Assembly (NCBI RefSeq): GCF_006345805.1
Contig: NW_021832440.1
Location: 124,001-188,000 of the forward strand
DNA length: 64,000 nt
Direction of reading: 5' to 3'
DNA from: Octopus sinensis
Taxonomy: Eukaryota
How positions within the stretch are numbered: the first letter of the stretch is position 1; the number at the start of each line of letters is the position of its first letter. Shown one piece after another: positions 12,128 to 24,049 of the stretch. The position numbers and the translations under genes were made by a program. Under the pieces are notes generated by a model. It was not told the DNA's origin and ran no database searches. It saw nothing but the letters and a program-made list of their open reading frames with translations.

Positions 12128-13950
12128 TTAATTAAATCTGGTTAGTTTTTTTAAATATCCCTTCGGGAGTTGAACGAAAAGAACTCCAAAAATAAATATT
12201 CCACTTGAAGCAGAGAGCACCACAAATAAATACTCTACAATTTTGAATTCACTCTGAATTTTGATAGCAAATCCAAATATCCAACATAGTCCTAGATAGG
12301 TGATCTCAAAAACTTTACCAAGGAGTATTCCAGAACAGAGAGCAAGTTTATTTACCAGCTCCGGCTTCATTTTGACTTTATAAATGTTGTAGCATATAAT
12401 CAAAAACATTACCCAGTTTGAGATTATAACAAGTCCAACGGGAAGATAGACTGCCAAGTACATGCTCATACCATGTAGCCAGCAACTGAAGACATATCTG
12501 TCAAACTGCTTACTTGTGTTCTGGGATATAGAAGTTTTGTCGATTCCCAAGACAAAGCCGACTATAATAAAAGGAAACACTATATTAAAGATAGTACTCA
12601 AACCAATAGAACATAGAATGAAAATGTAGTAGTAAGCCTTTGATCGAGTTATAAGCACTTGTACAAATTTGTGGTAATGGAAAATAGCTAAAGAAAACAT
12701 GATTCCGAACATTGCTAATAATCCGTAATGAAAGATACTCCCCACGGCTGTACAATTTACCTGAGAGGTTTTTCCCAAGTCTAGCAGCAAAAAGGACGTG
12801 TTCGTGATTAAAACAGTAACTGAAAGAACTGCTATAAGAATTTGAAGAACTGAAGACATGCATTCCCTTGACAAAATCAATCAACATTTTGATTTACTTA
12901 TAATTTGCAAAAAAGAAGAATAATGTCAGGAACGAAAAAAAGTTTGATAAGCCAAGACAAATGGTTGTGAGCAAACTCGTTGCAGCGTTATATTCCAGAT
13001 TTTCATTCTAGCGAATAAAATGACTAATAATACGAATATTATGGCGAAACTGCTTAAATGAGAGTAAGAACAAATGATTGAGTTATTTTTTCTTATAAAT
13101 TCACCATGGGTCACCCATCTATCATTATCGTCATCGTAATATCCACATTTCATTCCTTCCCGAACGTTAGAGTCGAGTAACTTGAATTAAGATTTCAAAA
13201 ATATCAACAAATGTAATATTGACTACAGAACCCGAAAATGTCGTTTTAAAATTTCTCCCCTTAACTGTGATTACTGGAGAGGTCTGATAACGCTGAGAAT
13301 ACAAAGATAGATTTTTGATAATATTAAAAGTGATTTTGGCATCTAAAATAATGAAATACAGTTACTGGAATGTTTATCGAGAAGATAGTTTTCAGGGAGC
13401 TCAACATTGAATTTGTTGTGTTCAAAATTAGGATAAAATGCCAGCATGCTACATATGCTGTGGTGATCCGATATCTCGACACTACCACTGCAAACTGTAT
13501 TTCCGCCAAGTTCGAAACAAGTATTATTCCCAGCGTTATGAAAATGAAAATTTTCGAGTAAATTACGAAACCTATATCTTATTTATGTGGATACATTGTC
13601 GTGACTCGAGAAATTTTGTTAGTATCTTTTGTTATTTTTGCAATTCTTCTTAAAATTCTATTTTCCGATTCATACAAAACTTCAAATAACTAACAATGAA
13701 TATTTTGATATTACTTTAAATCCATTTTCAATCCCGTCAAAAGCACTTTCAAATTCTTGTTTCAATAATTTCACGTCGCTTAAAAAAGTATCAATGTCTT
13801 CCGTAGTGTCTGTTATCCTTAAAATTGCATTTATTTTGTCAAAAAACTAAATTAATAATAAATTATATCAAAACTCGGCTGTCCTGTGCCCGGAATAATA
13901 CAATGAAGAATAATACAAAACCGCCTAGAAACATACTCAAATATAAAATT
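12128..13950 (-). CDS. Adhesion GPCR (GAIN/GPS plus 7TM family B2); 5' end uncertain
   Basis: GPS motif CGYYDDDNDRWVTHG...ICSYSHLSSFAII followed by 7TM with CTAVGSIFHYGLLA, CWL, LPVGLVIISNWVMF, WIFGF, YLFVVLSASSGIFIF. Confidence 0.85.
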
Positions 13951-14069
13951 AGTGTCGAAATGCAATATTTATTCCAATTATTGCCCTATTATTCTTGGAA
14001 ATGCTGAAGTCAACGAATAATTAGGGTTACTTTGATTAATATGACAATATAATTAAAATTTATTCATGA

Positions 14070-15070
14070 TTATGCAGGGTTTCCAGAGATGTCATTAAGG
14101 TGGGTTGAAAATATTTTAGCCACCTCAACAGGGTCCGAGAAGAGGGTTCCATCAGAGTGTTTAAGGCGCACTGAATTTGCCTCCCCTCTCCCTGACAGGC
14201 TCTTCAACTGTTTCCAGAAATTCGGGAAGCGGGCGTCGACGCGTCTGCAGGTCCGCATCCACCGTGAACTTTCAAATTCACGGATTTCTCTTTGGATCTC
14301 CCTCTGATCCAGCCACGAAACCAAACACGGTTTACCTCGTAAACGCATTTGTCTTGTAGTCCGGACACCCGGCGCTTGAACCTACTTTTATTTAAAACCC
14401 GGTACAGGAATAGTAATCCTTTGATCGAGTTATAAGCACTTGTACAAATTTGTGGTAGTGGAAAATAGCTAAAGAAAACATGATTTTGAACATTGCTAAT
14501 AATCCATAATGAAAGATACTCCCCACGGCTGTACAATTTACCTGAGAGGTTTTCCCAAGTCTAGCAGCAAAAAGGACGTGTTAGTGATTAAAACAATAAC
14601 CGAAAGAACTGCTATAAGAATTTGAAGATGCAGGGCTTACCCTGCACTGAGTTCTGTTTGAAATTATCTCGCATATAATCAGTGAGGGCAGCATTGATTT
14701 CATTATCTAGCGCCTCCAACTCACGTATGTTGGCGCAGGTATTCCCCACCAGAAGTGAGGGTAACCTGCTGACCATGAACCTCTCCAGGTTGGCCCAAGA
14801 ACCCGACCGAAGGTCAAAGTATCTCGGGACCCTTTGAGTTCGTGCACTTTGCAAGGCGAGGTACGGCTTGTAGAATAGTTCCCGTGCCACATATTGACCC
14901 CTGTTTCCAGGGTATGTGACAACAGTTGTAGCCATCAACTACGTACGGACCCCCCTTTACCTTCGTTTCGTTGACCACCAGAATTTCCGCACTCGTGGTG
15001 GCCTTTAAACGGCGTCTCCTTTACTGGACAAGGAGCGCGCGTTCACCGATATGATGTTGAGCATGAAGCG
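14070..15070 (-). mobile_element. APE-type LINE fragment (endonuclease and linker), interrupted at 14411-14627
   Basis: VNARSLSSK...ILVVNET APE motif; FWKQLKSLSG...DPVEVAKIFSTHL linker; GC-rich relative to flanks. Confidence 0.6.
14411..14627 (-). repeat. About 215-bp duplicate of the adhesion-GPCR TM exon (about 12629-12846) inside the LINE
   Basis: Direct alignment by eye shows about 8 substitutions, same orientation. Confidence 0.9.
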
Positions 15071-15741
15071 GCAATTGCCCAAAAGCAAAATCGATCGCGT
15101 AAATCCTCGTATTTCGTCAGTTTTGTAGATTCGGCCTTCTCGGCCGACGAACGGTCATAAACTGTCCAGATTTTATGCACGCAGCTCATTAGGTTCAAAT
15201 TGAATGCGAAAAAAAGACCGTAGAATTACCATTCATTTTGCAATATTTTCAAACCACAGGAAAGATAGATCATATGAAAAATATATCTCTGTTATTAGTG
15301 ACTTGATCGATTTATTTATTTATTTATTATTTATTATTTAAAGACCAATACGGGCAAGCCAGTTAATTATAGTTAATCCCGTGATCGCCGATCCAAACGA
15401 GGGAGATCCTTCTGAAAGGTTCAATCCTTCCCGCAAGATCGGCCTGAGACGACGATGTCCCAGGGTCTGAGAAGCTAAGAGTCCTTTTTCGGAAGGCATT
15501 AAGTGCCTCCTGAGCGTTGCCATATCGAAGGATATTTCCAACTGACATGGTGGACCCCGTAACGCCACGCTAAGCCCGGAAGGTAAGAGATCCCCATTTC
15601 CAACTGTGTCGTGCCAGAAGTACTCGTTGCCTCACGGGCAGGGGAACGATAACGAGAAACACGTTTTAATGATTTTAAAGAAGCTCTACCTATTATGAAA
15701 ATATTTCTGTTATTAGTGACTTAATTGCCCTTGAGCTAAAA

Positions 15742-15765
15742 GGGTTGAGAACCCCTGTCCTAGAG
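15742..15765. mobile_element. Solitary Buster-type hAT terminus
   Basis: GGGTTGAGAACCCCTG (reverse complement CAGGGGTTCTCAACCC) followed by TCCTAGAG; partner end not found. Confidence 0.4.
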
Positions 15766-16079
15766 TGAGACAACAGTCTCTTTAAGGAGGTTGAACAGGT
15801 AATATAGTCGATTTGATTGTATGCGTAAATATGTAGGAACCATCATTCTAGGACCTTACGCAAACCCAGGTATGTTATGCTTTGCAGGATGTTTAAACGT
15901 GGTATTGCAGAGATAAAAATTTGATAAATTACAAAAATCAATGAGAGATTTTCCAGATAGATTTCGTTATCCTCTTTTATGTTTCCTCATGTATACTTCA
16001 TTATGCCTTCTCATGTCAGCTTTTACATTCCAGTCGCCACAGAGGAAGTCATTGTACATTTATGAACTTTGGAATATGC

Positions 16080-16425
16080 TTTTGTAAGAGTTTAGTAAAA
16101 TTTGTCTAGTTCATCGATGTGTTTTGAGTTCTTCCCGTGTATCGAGCATTGACGTTGATAACAGTCATCATAGTTTTGTTTGAAAATGATAAAAGAAGCT
16201 ACATTACAGCAATACGATCATAAACTGTCCAGATTTTATGCACGCAACTCATTAGGTTCAAATTGGTCGCAAAACCAAGACCGTAGTGACGATTATCGGT
16301 CGGAAGTAGAAAAATACAATAGTTGTCAAAAGTTCCTTCATACACAAGAACGTTCCTCGTTTCTTGTAAGCCAAAGATATAGAGTTTGTAGTGGGACAGA
16401 TCTTCAGCCAATTGTTCCGACTTAA
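16080..16425 (-). mobile_element. RTE-type APE endonuclease fragment
   Basis: EDLSHYKLYIFGLQETR...YGLGFA...IWTVYDRIAV...TVINV; a short piece is duplicated at about 15155-15202. Confidence 0.6.
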
Positions 16426-16941
16426 TTAGAAATAAACGACCTTAAACATTGTATGTGATAATGGTAAACAGGGATTTTGAATTTAAGCATTATAAAGGCA
16501 TGCTTTTTCTAAGACAGGTCGAAAAATCTGTTACTAAAAAACTAAATTATCTCTTATTTAATTTACAAATCCAGATATTAATTAATTAAACTTCTCCTGG
16601 TCGCAACTTCCTCTATTCGCAGTGATTCAGGAAGGCAAGCCCGCCTCTTTCCCTTCGAGGTACTGACAGGCAGGGGCGATGTTGAAGACACACTCATTTG
16701 GTGATAAATCTCGCTTATTCTTTTGTCCAGTTCAAGCGTTCTTTCACACGGTTCAACTCTGTTTCTATAAGAAACAATCATGCTCTCAAGGGTTTTCTTT
16801 ATAAGTGATTGAATGTATGCGTGCGTACTCTCACTGATGTAAAAAGTAAATTATTATATACGATTTTTGTAATTTAGTTGATTTAATATTTAAAAATATA
16901 TTTTTTAATTTATAATTAGTGGTAACCTCGCTTATTGTGTC

Positions 16942-17202
16942 ATGCCGGTTTATCGCCAAACAAGTCAGTCAAATCCATCATGCTTTGAAAAAATGAAATA
17001 TGGATTTTGTGTGGGCTGCTTAGTGGGAGTTGGTTCGGGATTAGTTTTTGGAGGCTTTAACGCGTTAAGGTTTTATTCATAAATATTTGTTAGATTCGGA
17101 CTTCGGGGAAGAGAACTTGTAAGTACCCTTGGCAAGTCCATGTTTCAAGCTGGTGGGACCTTCGGAGTATTTATGACGATTGGGACCGCTATTCGCTGTT
17201 GA
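16942..17202 (+). CDS. ROMO1: Reactive oxygen species modulator 1 / Mgr2 (2 exons; intron 17070-17093)
   Basis: Spliced [78 protein letters not shown] matches ROMO1 over its whole length. Confidence 0.93.
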
Positions 17203-17286
17203 TTTTTATTAATATCTAAATTTTTTTTTAATTTGATTAATTTTATAATCGAGATATTTAAAACATATTTATCTCCAAGATATCAA

Positions 17287-17865
17287 ATGCCAAATACAAT
17301 AACTAGCAATGTTTTTGACGTTGAATCTAGAATTAAAAAAGTTCTTTTAATATCAAAAGTTGTAAGGTTTTTGAACAAATCAACGTGAGTGGCGAGGGAT
17401 TGGCAAAAGAGGATTACAAACTTGCAATCATCAGCATTTTTGGTTATACGCCACATAAAGTTTCGTTTAAATCAACCAAATAAAATAGTCCGAAATTGAG
17501 AAGATTTTTGGGAAAAATAAGACGAAAAGTTAGCAATTAATAATTATTCACAGGAATTCACTACGACTGCTACAAACGAGAAATCGACTCCAAATTAAAG
17601 TGGTACTCAGATGATGATTTAATTCGAGCCTCATTTTCCGCGGTGGATAAAATGGGTCACATTAAGACATTATATTCCAGGTCACGGTTTTCTTACTCTC
17701 TCGGATTTTAAAGATTGCTTTCCTCAAGTGATACGAGATAGCTCGTCTATAATTGAAACAGCTTTCCGGCATTAAGAATTTACATTTTATACTCTTAGGG
17801 AAGTTGATCGGGACAACGACGGGAGAGTTACGTTCCAGGATTTTGAACTAATGATGAAACTATGA
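17287..17865 (+). CDS. EFCAB11: EF-hand calcium-binding domain protein 11 (multi-exon)
   Basis: EDYKLAIISIFGYTPHK, GFLTLSDFKDCF and FREVDRDNDGRVTFQDFE correspond to recalled EFCAB11 motifs; the last intron is GC-AG. Confidence 0.75.
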
Positions 17866-18103
17866 TTTATAAACTAAATCTGTTTATATTTGAGATATTT
17901 GTAGTAAATACTCTAATGTAATTCCGAATATTAACTAAAAATTATCTATCTTAACTAGTAAAGGGAAAACATGTAAGATAACAAGATTGTTGTCCCCAAT
18001 GCGGCCTTTAAAAAAATTAATTTTATTTTTTGTATTCAACTGTCTTCGAACCTAAAATTTCTTTAATTATCTATTGGTAACCAAATCACGTTATTTTTAT
18101 TAA

Positions 18104-19771
18104 TTACAAATTTGTGGGGTCACAAGTTGTATGAAAAGAAAGAACCTGAAATATCATAATAATCATTTCTGTGTTGATCATTATTTTTTTCAAATCAACA
18201 TCTTCGCCAACAAGCAAAAGACTGACTACATCTGCTTCGAGATTGATGCTCTCATTTAGAATGTTCATCACCAGTGATGTTATTTTTATTCTGTTTTCAA
18301 TACTATTTTCGAATATTTGGTGATATTCTGTTATTTTCGATATGGAAATATGATAAGATACAAGAATTGTGAGCCGGTAAGCTCGCATGTGTCCATTTAC
18401 TAAATCCAACGTGATTTCTTCACTTTGCTTGATTAGTTTATCGAGACCAAAACTGACATCTTTTAAGGCTGTGGTTACAGGAAAATGACTTTCATTTTTT
18501 GGAAGATCCAACGACTTTAAGTTTTCGAATGTGAAATACTGAGCCATCGCGATTATCGAATTAAAGTCCATCTTCTCAGGACCCACAAATGAAATAATTA
18601 AGAGTTTTTCAAAATTATTTTGTTGGCAAACGACAAGTATGTTGCTAACTCTCAACAAGCAAATACCAAACTCACAAAGTCGAGTCAAACACCTGGTCAT
18701 TTGACAGAGAAAATAAATCATTTCAGTTACGTTTCTTGATTTCGTTTTTGTTTGGAATGTCCAGTTTTCAAAAGTTTTGACGGATTTTGCGGAAATCCTA
18801 ATTCCAAATGATTTGTGTTCTTTAGAATGTTTGTTTTTAATTTCTCTAGATTGAATCACAGCTTCAAATGCATCAAGTAACAAAAATTCGTGAGCTGAGA
18901 TCTAACAAAAAGTTGAAAATATTTTTAGATACAATTTCATATGTTTTTGATTTTTTAGAATACGAAATCATATAATCCTCGTTCCCCGAAACGACCTTAT
19001 TTTTGGTTGAAGGGAAGATGTCGTAAAAATAATCGCCGACATTTTTATCGATTATTGTTGCTTGTAAAAAGCACATTTTTTCAATAGTTCTGCATAAATA
19101 TAAATTTTGCATTTGTTCAAAACAAATTTTACTGGACAGTATATCTATCAACGGACTATTCGCAACGTAATCTGAGAGTGATTTTTCGTAGTAGTGTTTT
19201 TTTTCTAATTTTGGATCTTGGGCATCAATATAAATTGATGGAAGTCGCCAATTTCCTAAACTGTAAAATATTTTAAAAACATGCCCAAAATTGTATCAAA
19301 ACAAGAAATTGTCTTTGGCTGTCTTTTTTTCACTATGATCTATTTTTATAATTGAAAACAACACTTACGACTGGTTCTTCTGGTTTGACCTATTTAAATA
19401 AAATAAATTAACAAATAACATTTTCTTCAAATATTCTGCATGATTCTTGAGCAGTGAACATATTTTCTTCATTTGAAGATAATTTTTCACCGCCTTTGTC
19501 CAAAGATTGGGAACAGCAATTAGTTTTTTCGCCTCCAATTGGAGAGAGATTATCTAAGAACAAAGTCCTGGCAGACTGAAAATTATATTTCTGTTAGGGT
19601 TACTAAAAGGGAGTCGCTTGTATCAGATGTACGATTTTGTTGAAGCTCGTCAGGAGATTTTATATTGTCGTTGATCAATTCTTTCAGTTCATTTTGATGT
19701 TTTTCCAATTTGTGCAGACAATTTGCACACAAAGAAGGTTTCCAAAAATTCTTTTCAAAATTTGAGCACAT
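18104..19771 (-). CDS. PEAK1/pragmin-like pseudokinase, reduced and divergent
   Basis: N-terminal MCSNFEKNFWKPSLCANCLHKLEKH resembles the PEAK1 N-terminal Cys/His motif; C-terminal FLCQMTRCLTRLCEFGI...SNILVVC...KLLIISF resembles PEAK-family subdomains VI-VII. Confidence 0.5.
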
Positions 19772-20009
19772 TTGGAATATCACAGAATTGTCCTACTTAA
19801 AAGAATCAAATGCGTAAATTCGATTTATATTTCCTATTTAAAGCCGTTATTATTATTAGCCTTATCACGAGAGCCATAGTACTTTATAGCCTCGAATAGA
19901 AAAAAAACAATCTTTATTTAAGTAAAGACTACTTAATGTTAATTAATCGAGAACAGATGAAATGACTTTGACTTGTTTTTCTTTTTCCTGCGTGTTAGTC
20001 TCTTCTAGA

Positions 20010-20135
20010 CAAATCCGGTTCCGCAGTGGTATCCACTGATGACGGCGTCATTCGTCAAACAAGAAACTTTCAATCGGATGGACAGCGGCCAGATTCGAAC
20101 CCGCGAACTATGTCACACTAAGATGTGTCCTCATT
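20010..20135 (-). other. Possible tRNA-derived SINE remnant
   Basis: B-box-like GGGTTCGAATC on the minus strand at about 20092-20102; no A box or cloverleaf found. Confidence 0.25.
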
Positions 20136-20416
20136 TGTTAATTAATATCGTTTCTTCAGAATAAAAACAGGCTACCATAGTTCGTATGACTGTCTATTTG
20201 TTTATAGATATTTTATTTAAGGGTAATTTTGGGGTCAAATAAATTATTAGTCGAATGTAATAACTTATTACATTCTTATTACTAATAAGATAATGAAAAT
20301 CAGTGATTAAAATACTTCGAATACAAATCCACCATATCATTCTAATTTAAAAGAATAATTAATTTTAATTTTTATAAATAGTTTATGAATAAAAATAAAA
20401 TTTTGCCTGTTAATAA

Positions 20417-23400
20417 ATGAAAGCTTGTTGTACGGTCTTGAAAACTTCGACTGCTGTTATTGACAGTGCTACCGGTAATTTAATTTATTAATTATCGCAG
20501 GTTATTTTGTTAATGACCAGGAAAAGAATTTGTTAATCGCAAAGAATTCCCATGTTGAGGTGTACAATTATGTCGACCACGAGCTGGTCCCTGTTCTTGA
20601 AATACCAATCTACGGGAAAATTGACTGCATTAAATTGTTTTCATCCAAAGTGATTATTCCTACTGAGTGTGTAGAAATGGAATAAACCAGTTTTGCTAGT
20701 ATATACTGAAAATGGAGACTTGATGATATTGGAATGCAGGAAGGAGACAGTCAGAACAGTGCTGCACGGAAAATTAGATGTATTCGATTAGTGATAGTCC
20801 AGAAAAGGCATTCTTCCTCACCCGTTGTTGATTCGACCGGGGCATACCTGGCTGTGCAATTTAACGAGCATTCAATAAGAGTGGTATGTCTTGACCAATC
20901 GTTGACTTCCTCCACGATGCAGTGATAAGGCTGTTATTATTTATAGTATGAACGAACAAGTGCTTGCCATTGCCTTTTCCGACACTTCATTGACTGTGGG
21001 AATATTATATGATGTTAGTTCTTGCTCATATTTAGAATTTCCACGGGAAGTATTTTGTCGTCCGAGATGTGCTGGGTAGCAAAAAGTACGGAAATCACAA
21101 ACAAGTGAATGGTGATGTTACCGCCATTACCCCTCGTTATATTTTCGACTAATGTGTAGTTTGTGGTACGGATGCATTTATTCTCTATGGAGGGGGATCT
21201 GTTGTGTATATCAATGAGGACCGTGTCATGTCTCGTACATATTCGCAGGTATACTTTCACTAGAACGTAGACTGCCTTTATCACTTGCTGTTGTCAAGTC
21301 GGGGATGACCACTCTAGACTAGTCTTGGGTGATTTTAGTGGACTACTCTACTATGCCATCATTACTCCCACTGGATTGAGCATTGGCACATTCGGCCAAA
21401 CGACTATTCCTTCCACTCTACAACATTTGGGTAATGGAGTGCTCTTTGTTGGCTCGAAGATGGCGGACTCACTCATTGTTCAAGTTTTTTTTATAGTTAC
21501 ACATCGTAGATTGTATCTGAACAACCCGCCATAAAACAACTAACCCGGATTCCTAGTATTGGGCCTGTCGTGGATATGGGGTTTGTCGATAAAGATGAGG
21601 ATACTCACAAACTGGTAATGTGCTCGGGGTATGGTCGTTTTGGTTCACTCAACGTGATTGAGCATGTGGTGGGTTTTGACACTACTCTTACCATCGATTG
21701 TCCTCACGTCCAATGTATCGTGACAATTGCAATTTTAGATATTTCTCAGTTCATCATTGACGACTCACCCTATCTTCTCCTTTCTACTATTACGACATCT
21801 CAGTTGTGACTCCCTGCCTATAATAGTGTTATTTACAAGTCTCGGGAGATTCCCTTTGACTGGCTTGACAATTCGTGTCCTACTCTATTAATTGAAAATG
21901 TGCGGGATTACTTGTTATATGTTAGCCTTACTGACTACCCATTCATAGGTTAACACTCGCCAAATGTCACTCATCTATTCCAACAATGTCATCAGTTGGT
22001 CTCCAAACGGCCCAGAGATAACCCTGGTTGCCACACACCAGTCATTAGTATTGGTTGTGTCCGTCTCTACCATCTACTCATTTATTATTGGCGATGGTGA
22101 TTTTCAGAACGTGAAGTTATATTTGGTTATTTTCTTGACAGATCACATCTGTTCAATCAACAAGTGTCAGCTCTCTGTTTGATTGGAGATATTTTCGTAG
22201 TGTCCTTTTGGTCTGATAACTCAGTCTATGTTTATGAAGTAAATTCATTTTCCCTCCGCTTTTCTACTCAAATTGGTACCCTGACGGTTTTATTTTAGAC
22301 CACGTGGTTTTCAGTATGGTGTTACTTAGTTCATCATACTCCCAACGCCTCATCTGTTCTACTAATGATGGATATATTGCACATGCTGATTATAACTCGA
22401 CCACTTGTATGTTATGTTGTAGTAATGTCCAGGTATGCTTACTGATTTTGATGGTCGTTATTTGTCTCATTCTCCTACGAATTTATGCAATATTACTGCT
22501 GATGGTGAGCCTTGTGTTGTTGCTTGCTCTTCGTCCTCTTCTCAAATACGCTACTCAGAGGACAATGTGGTGATATATCCCACTAAGATCAGTCATTTGA
22601 GATATGCTGCCAATTACACTTGCCCTGATAATCGACATACGTAGTGTTTTGTGTTCATTATTAGTCACATTGTTTCCGATGGAACATGCGTGATGATTGG
22701 TCGATTTGATAGTATAGAACGACTGCATTGCCACAATATTCCATTAGGGGAGTCACCGCGGTATTTGTTGTTTACGTAACAGTAGGCGAATAAGTTATTG
22801 TTCACAGAATAACTTCATTCTTGTGTTGACCTGCCAACCTTCGAATGTTTCGTCATTGCTTGTGTTGGATGGAGATAGTTATGACTTGATATATTCACAT
22901 ACATTCCCCCCAGTTGAATATGCATCCAGTCTTGTAATTCTCAATACGGGACAGTACTATTTGTATGCTGTCGGAACAGGCGATACTGATAAGGATACAT
23001 TCGAGTGTGAGGAGGGAAGGATTATATTATTTGAGTGGCATGAGAAAAGGCTTAAAGAGTTCAATCACGTTGATATCGATGGTTTTCCATATTGTATTGC
23101 ACAGTACAAAGATAAGTTTGTTGCAGCAGTGAATGGGAAGGTTAGTACAGTATTCGTTATAATAGATAATCATCTGCTGTGTAATTACCTGCACAATCAT
23201 TTCTGTACTTGACAAATATGTGGCATGCACAAACATGACCGTATTTGGAGATTATATTGCCGTTGCTTGTTTTATGGAGTCTGTTGCTCTTCTGACAGTA
23301 CAGAATAATACATTGATCGAAGTTTATTTGTATTATTCAATGATAGGTCAAGAGGGACTATCGCTGTAGAAGCATCACTCATGTCCTCTTTCTAGACGAT

Positions 23401-23952
23401 GATCTGATTTTGGCATCAGACAAAAACAAGAACATATTAGTTTATAGAATAAACGCGGATTACAAACTCGAGATCGAATCATGCTACTATTTGGGGGATT
23501 CCATAAATAAACTAATTTGTGGACATATTACTAAATATAGTCCACAATCAAAAATTTTATTTGCTACTACATCAGGAGCTTTTGGCTTTGTCCAGCTTAT
23601 AAAAAATCAATTGGACGTAAAATTTTATTCTGCCGTTACATCTGCTTCTCTGTCGGTGTGTGGTAAAGTGGGAAATATAGATTATAACAAGTTCTGCCAG
23701 TTATTCTTATTCTAGATTCCGTCAGGAATGTTTTGCATTTCCTAGATATTATGGATATCCACTCAACTTTGATTATTTTATTGACGGGGATCTTTTACTT
23801 TCTTGTCTTAAATTAAATTCAGTTCAAATAGATCAAATTGTTACGCATCTCGAGGTAATCAAACATTCCTATTTCTTTAGAGGCATTTTAGTATTTCAAA
23901 ATCTTCTAAACAATTGGTCAAGACAGTTAAGAACTTTTATTCCAATCTGTGA
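20417..23952 (+). CDS. DDB1: DNA damage-binding protein 1 (many micro-introns)
   Basis: TAVIDSATGYFVNDQEKNLLIAKNSHVEVY...IYGKI; LGNGVLFVGSKMADS; SIGPVVDM...LVMCSGYGRFGSLNVI; YAVGT...EEGRIILF; FIDGDLL are hallmark DDB1 segments in order. Confidence 0.92.
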
Positions 23953-24049
23953 TTTACATTTATTATTATTTTTACTTCGTTTTTTTATTTAACTTCTAAA
24001 TTGTGGTGGAAGCGTTTTAAAATTATTTTCTAAACTTGTTGTTCAATTA

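Noticed and set aside
15311-15640. GC-rich fragment with a (TAAA)n tail on the minus strand
   Set aside because: Likely a LINE 3' end, but no diagnostic coding motif could be read.
16578-16850. Short minus-strand ORF upstream of ROMO1
   Set aside because: May be a small gene, but no family match or clear exon structure could be established.
20060-20135. Possible tRNA gene
   Set aside because: Only a B-box-like motif is present; no acceptor stem, D arm or anticodon arm could be built.
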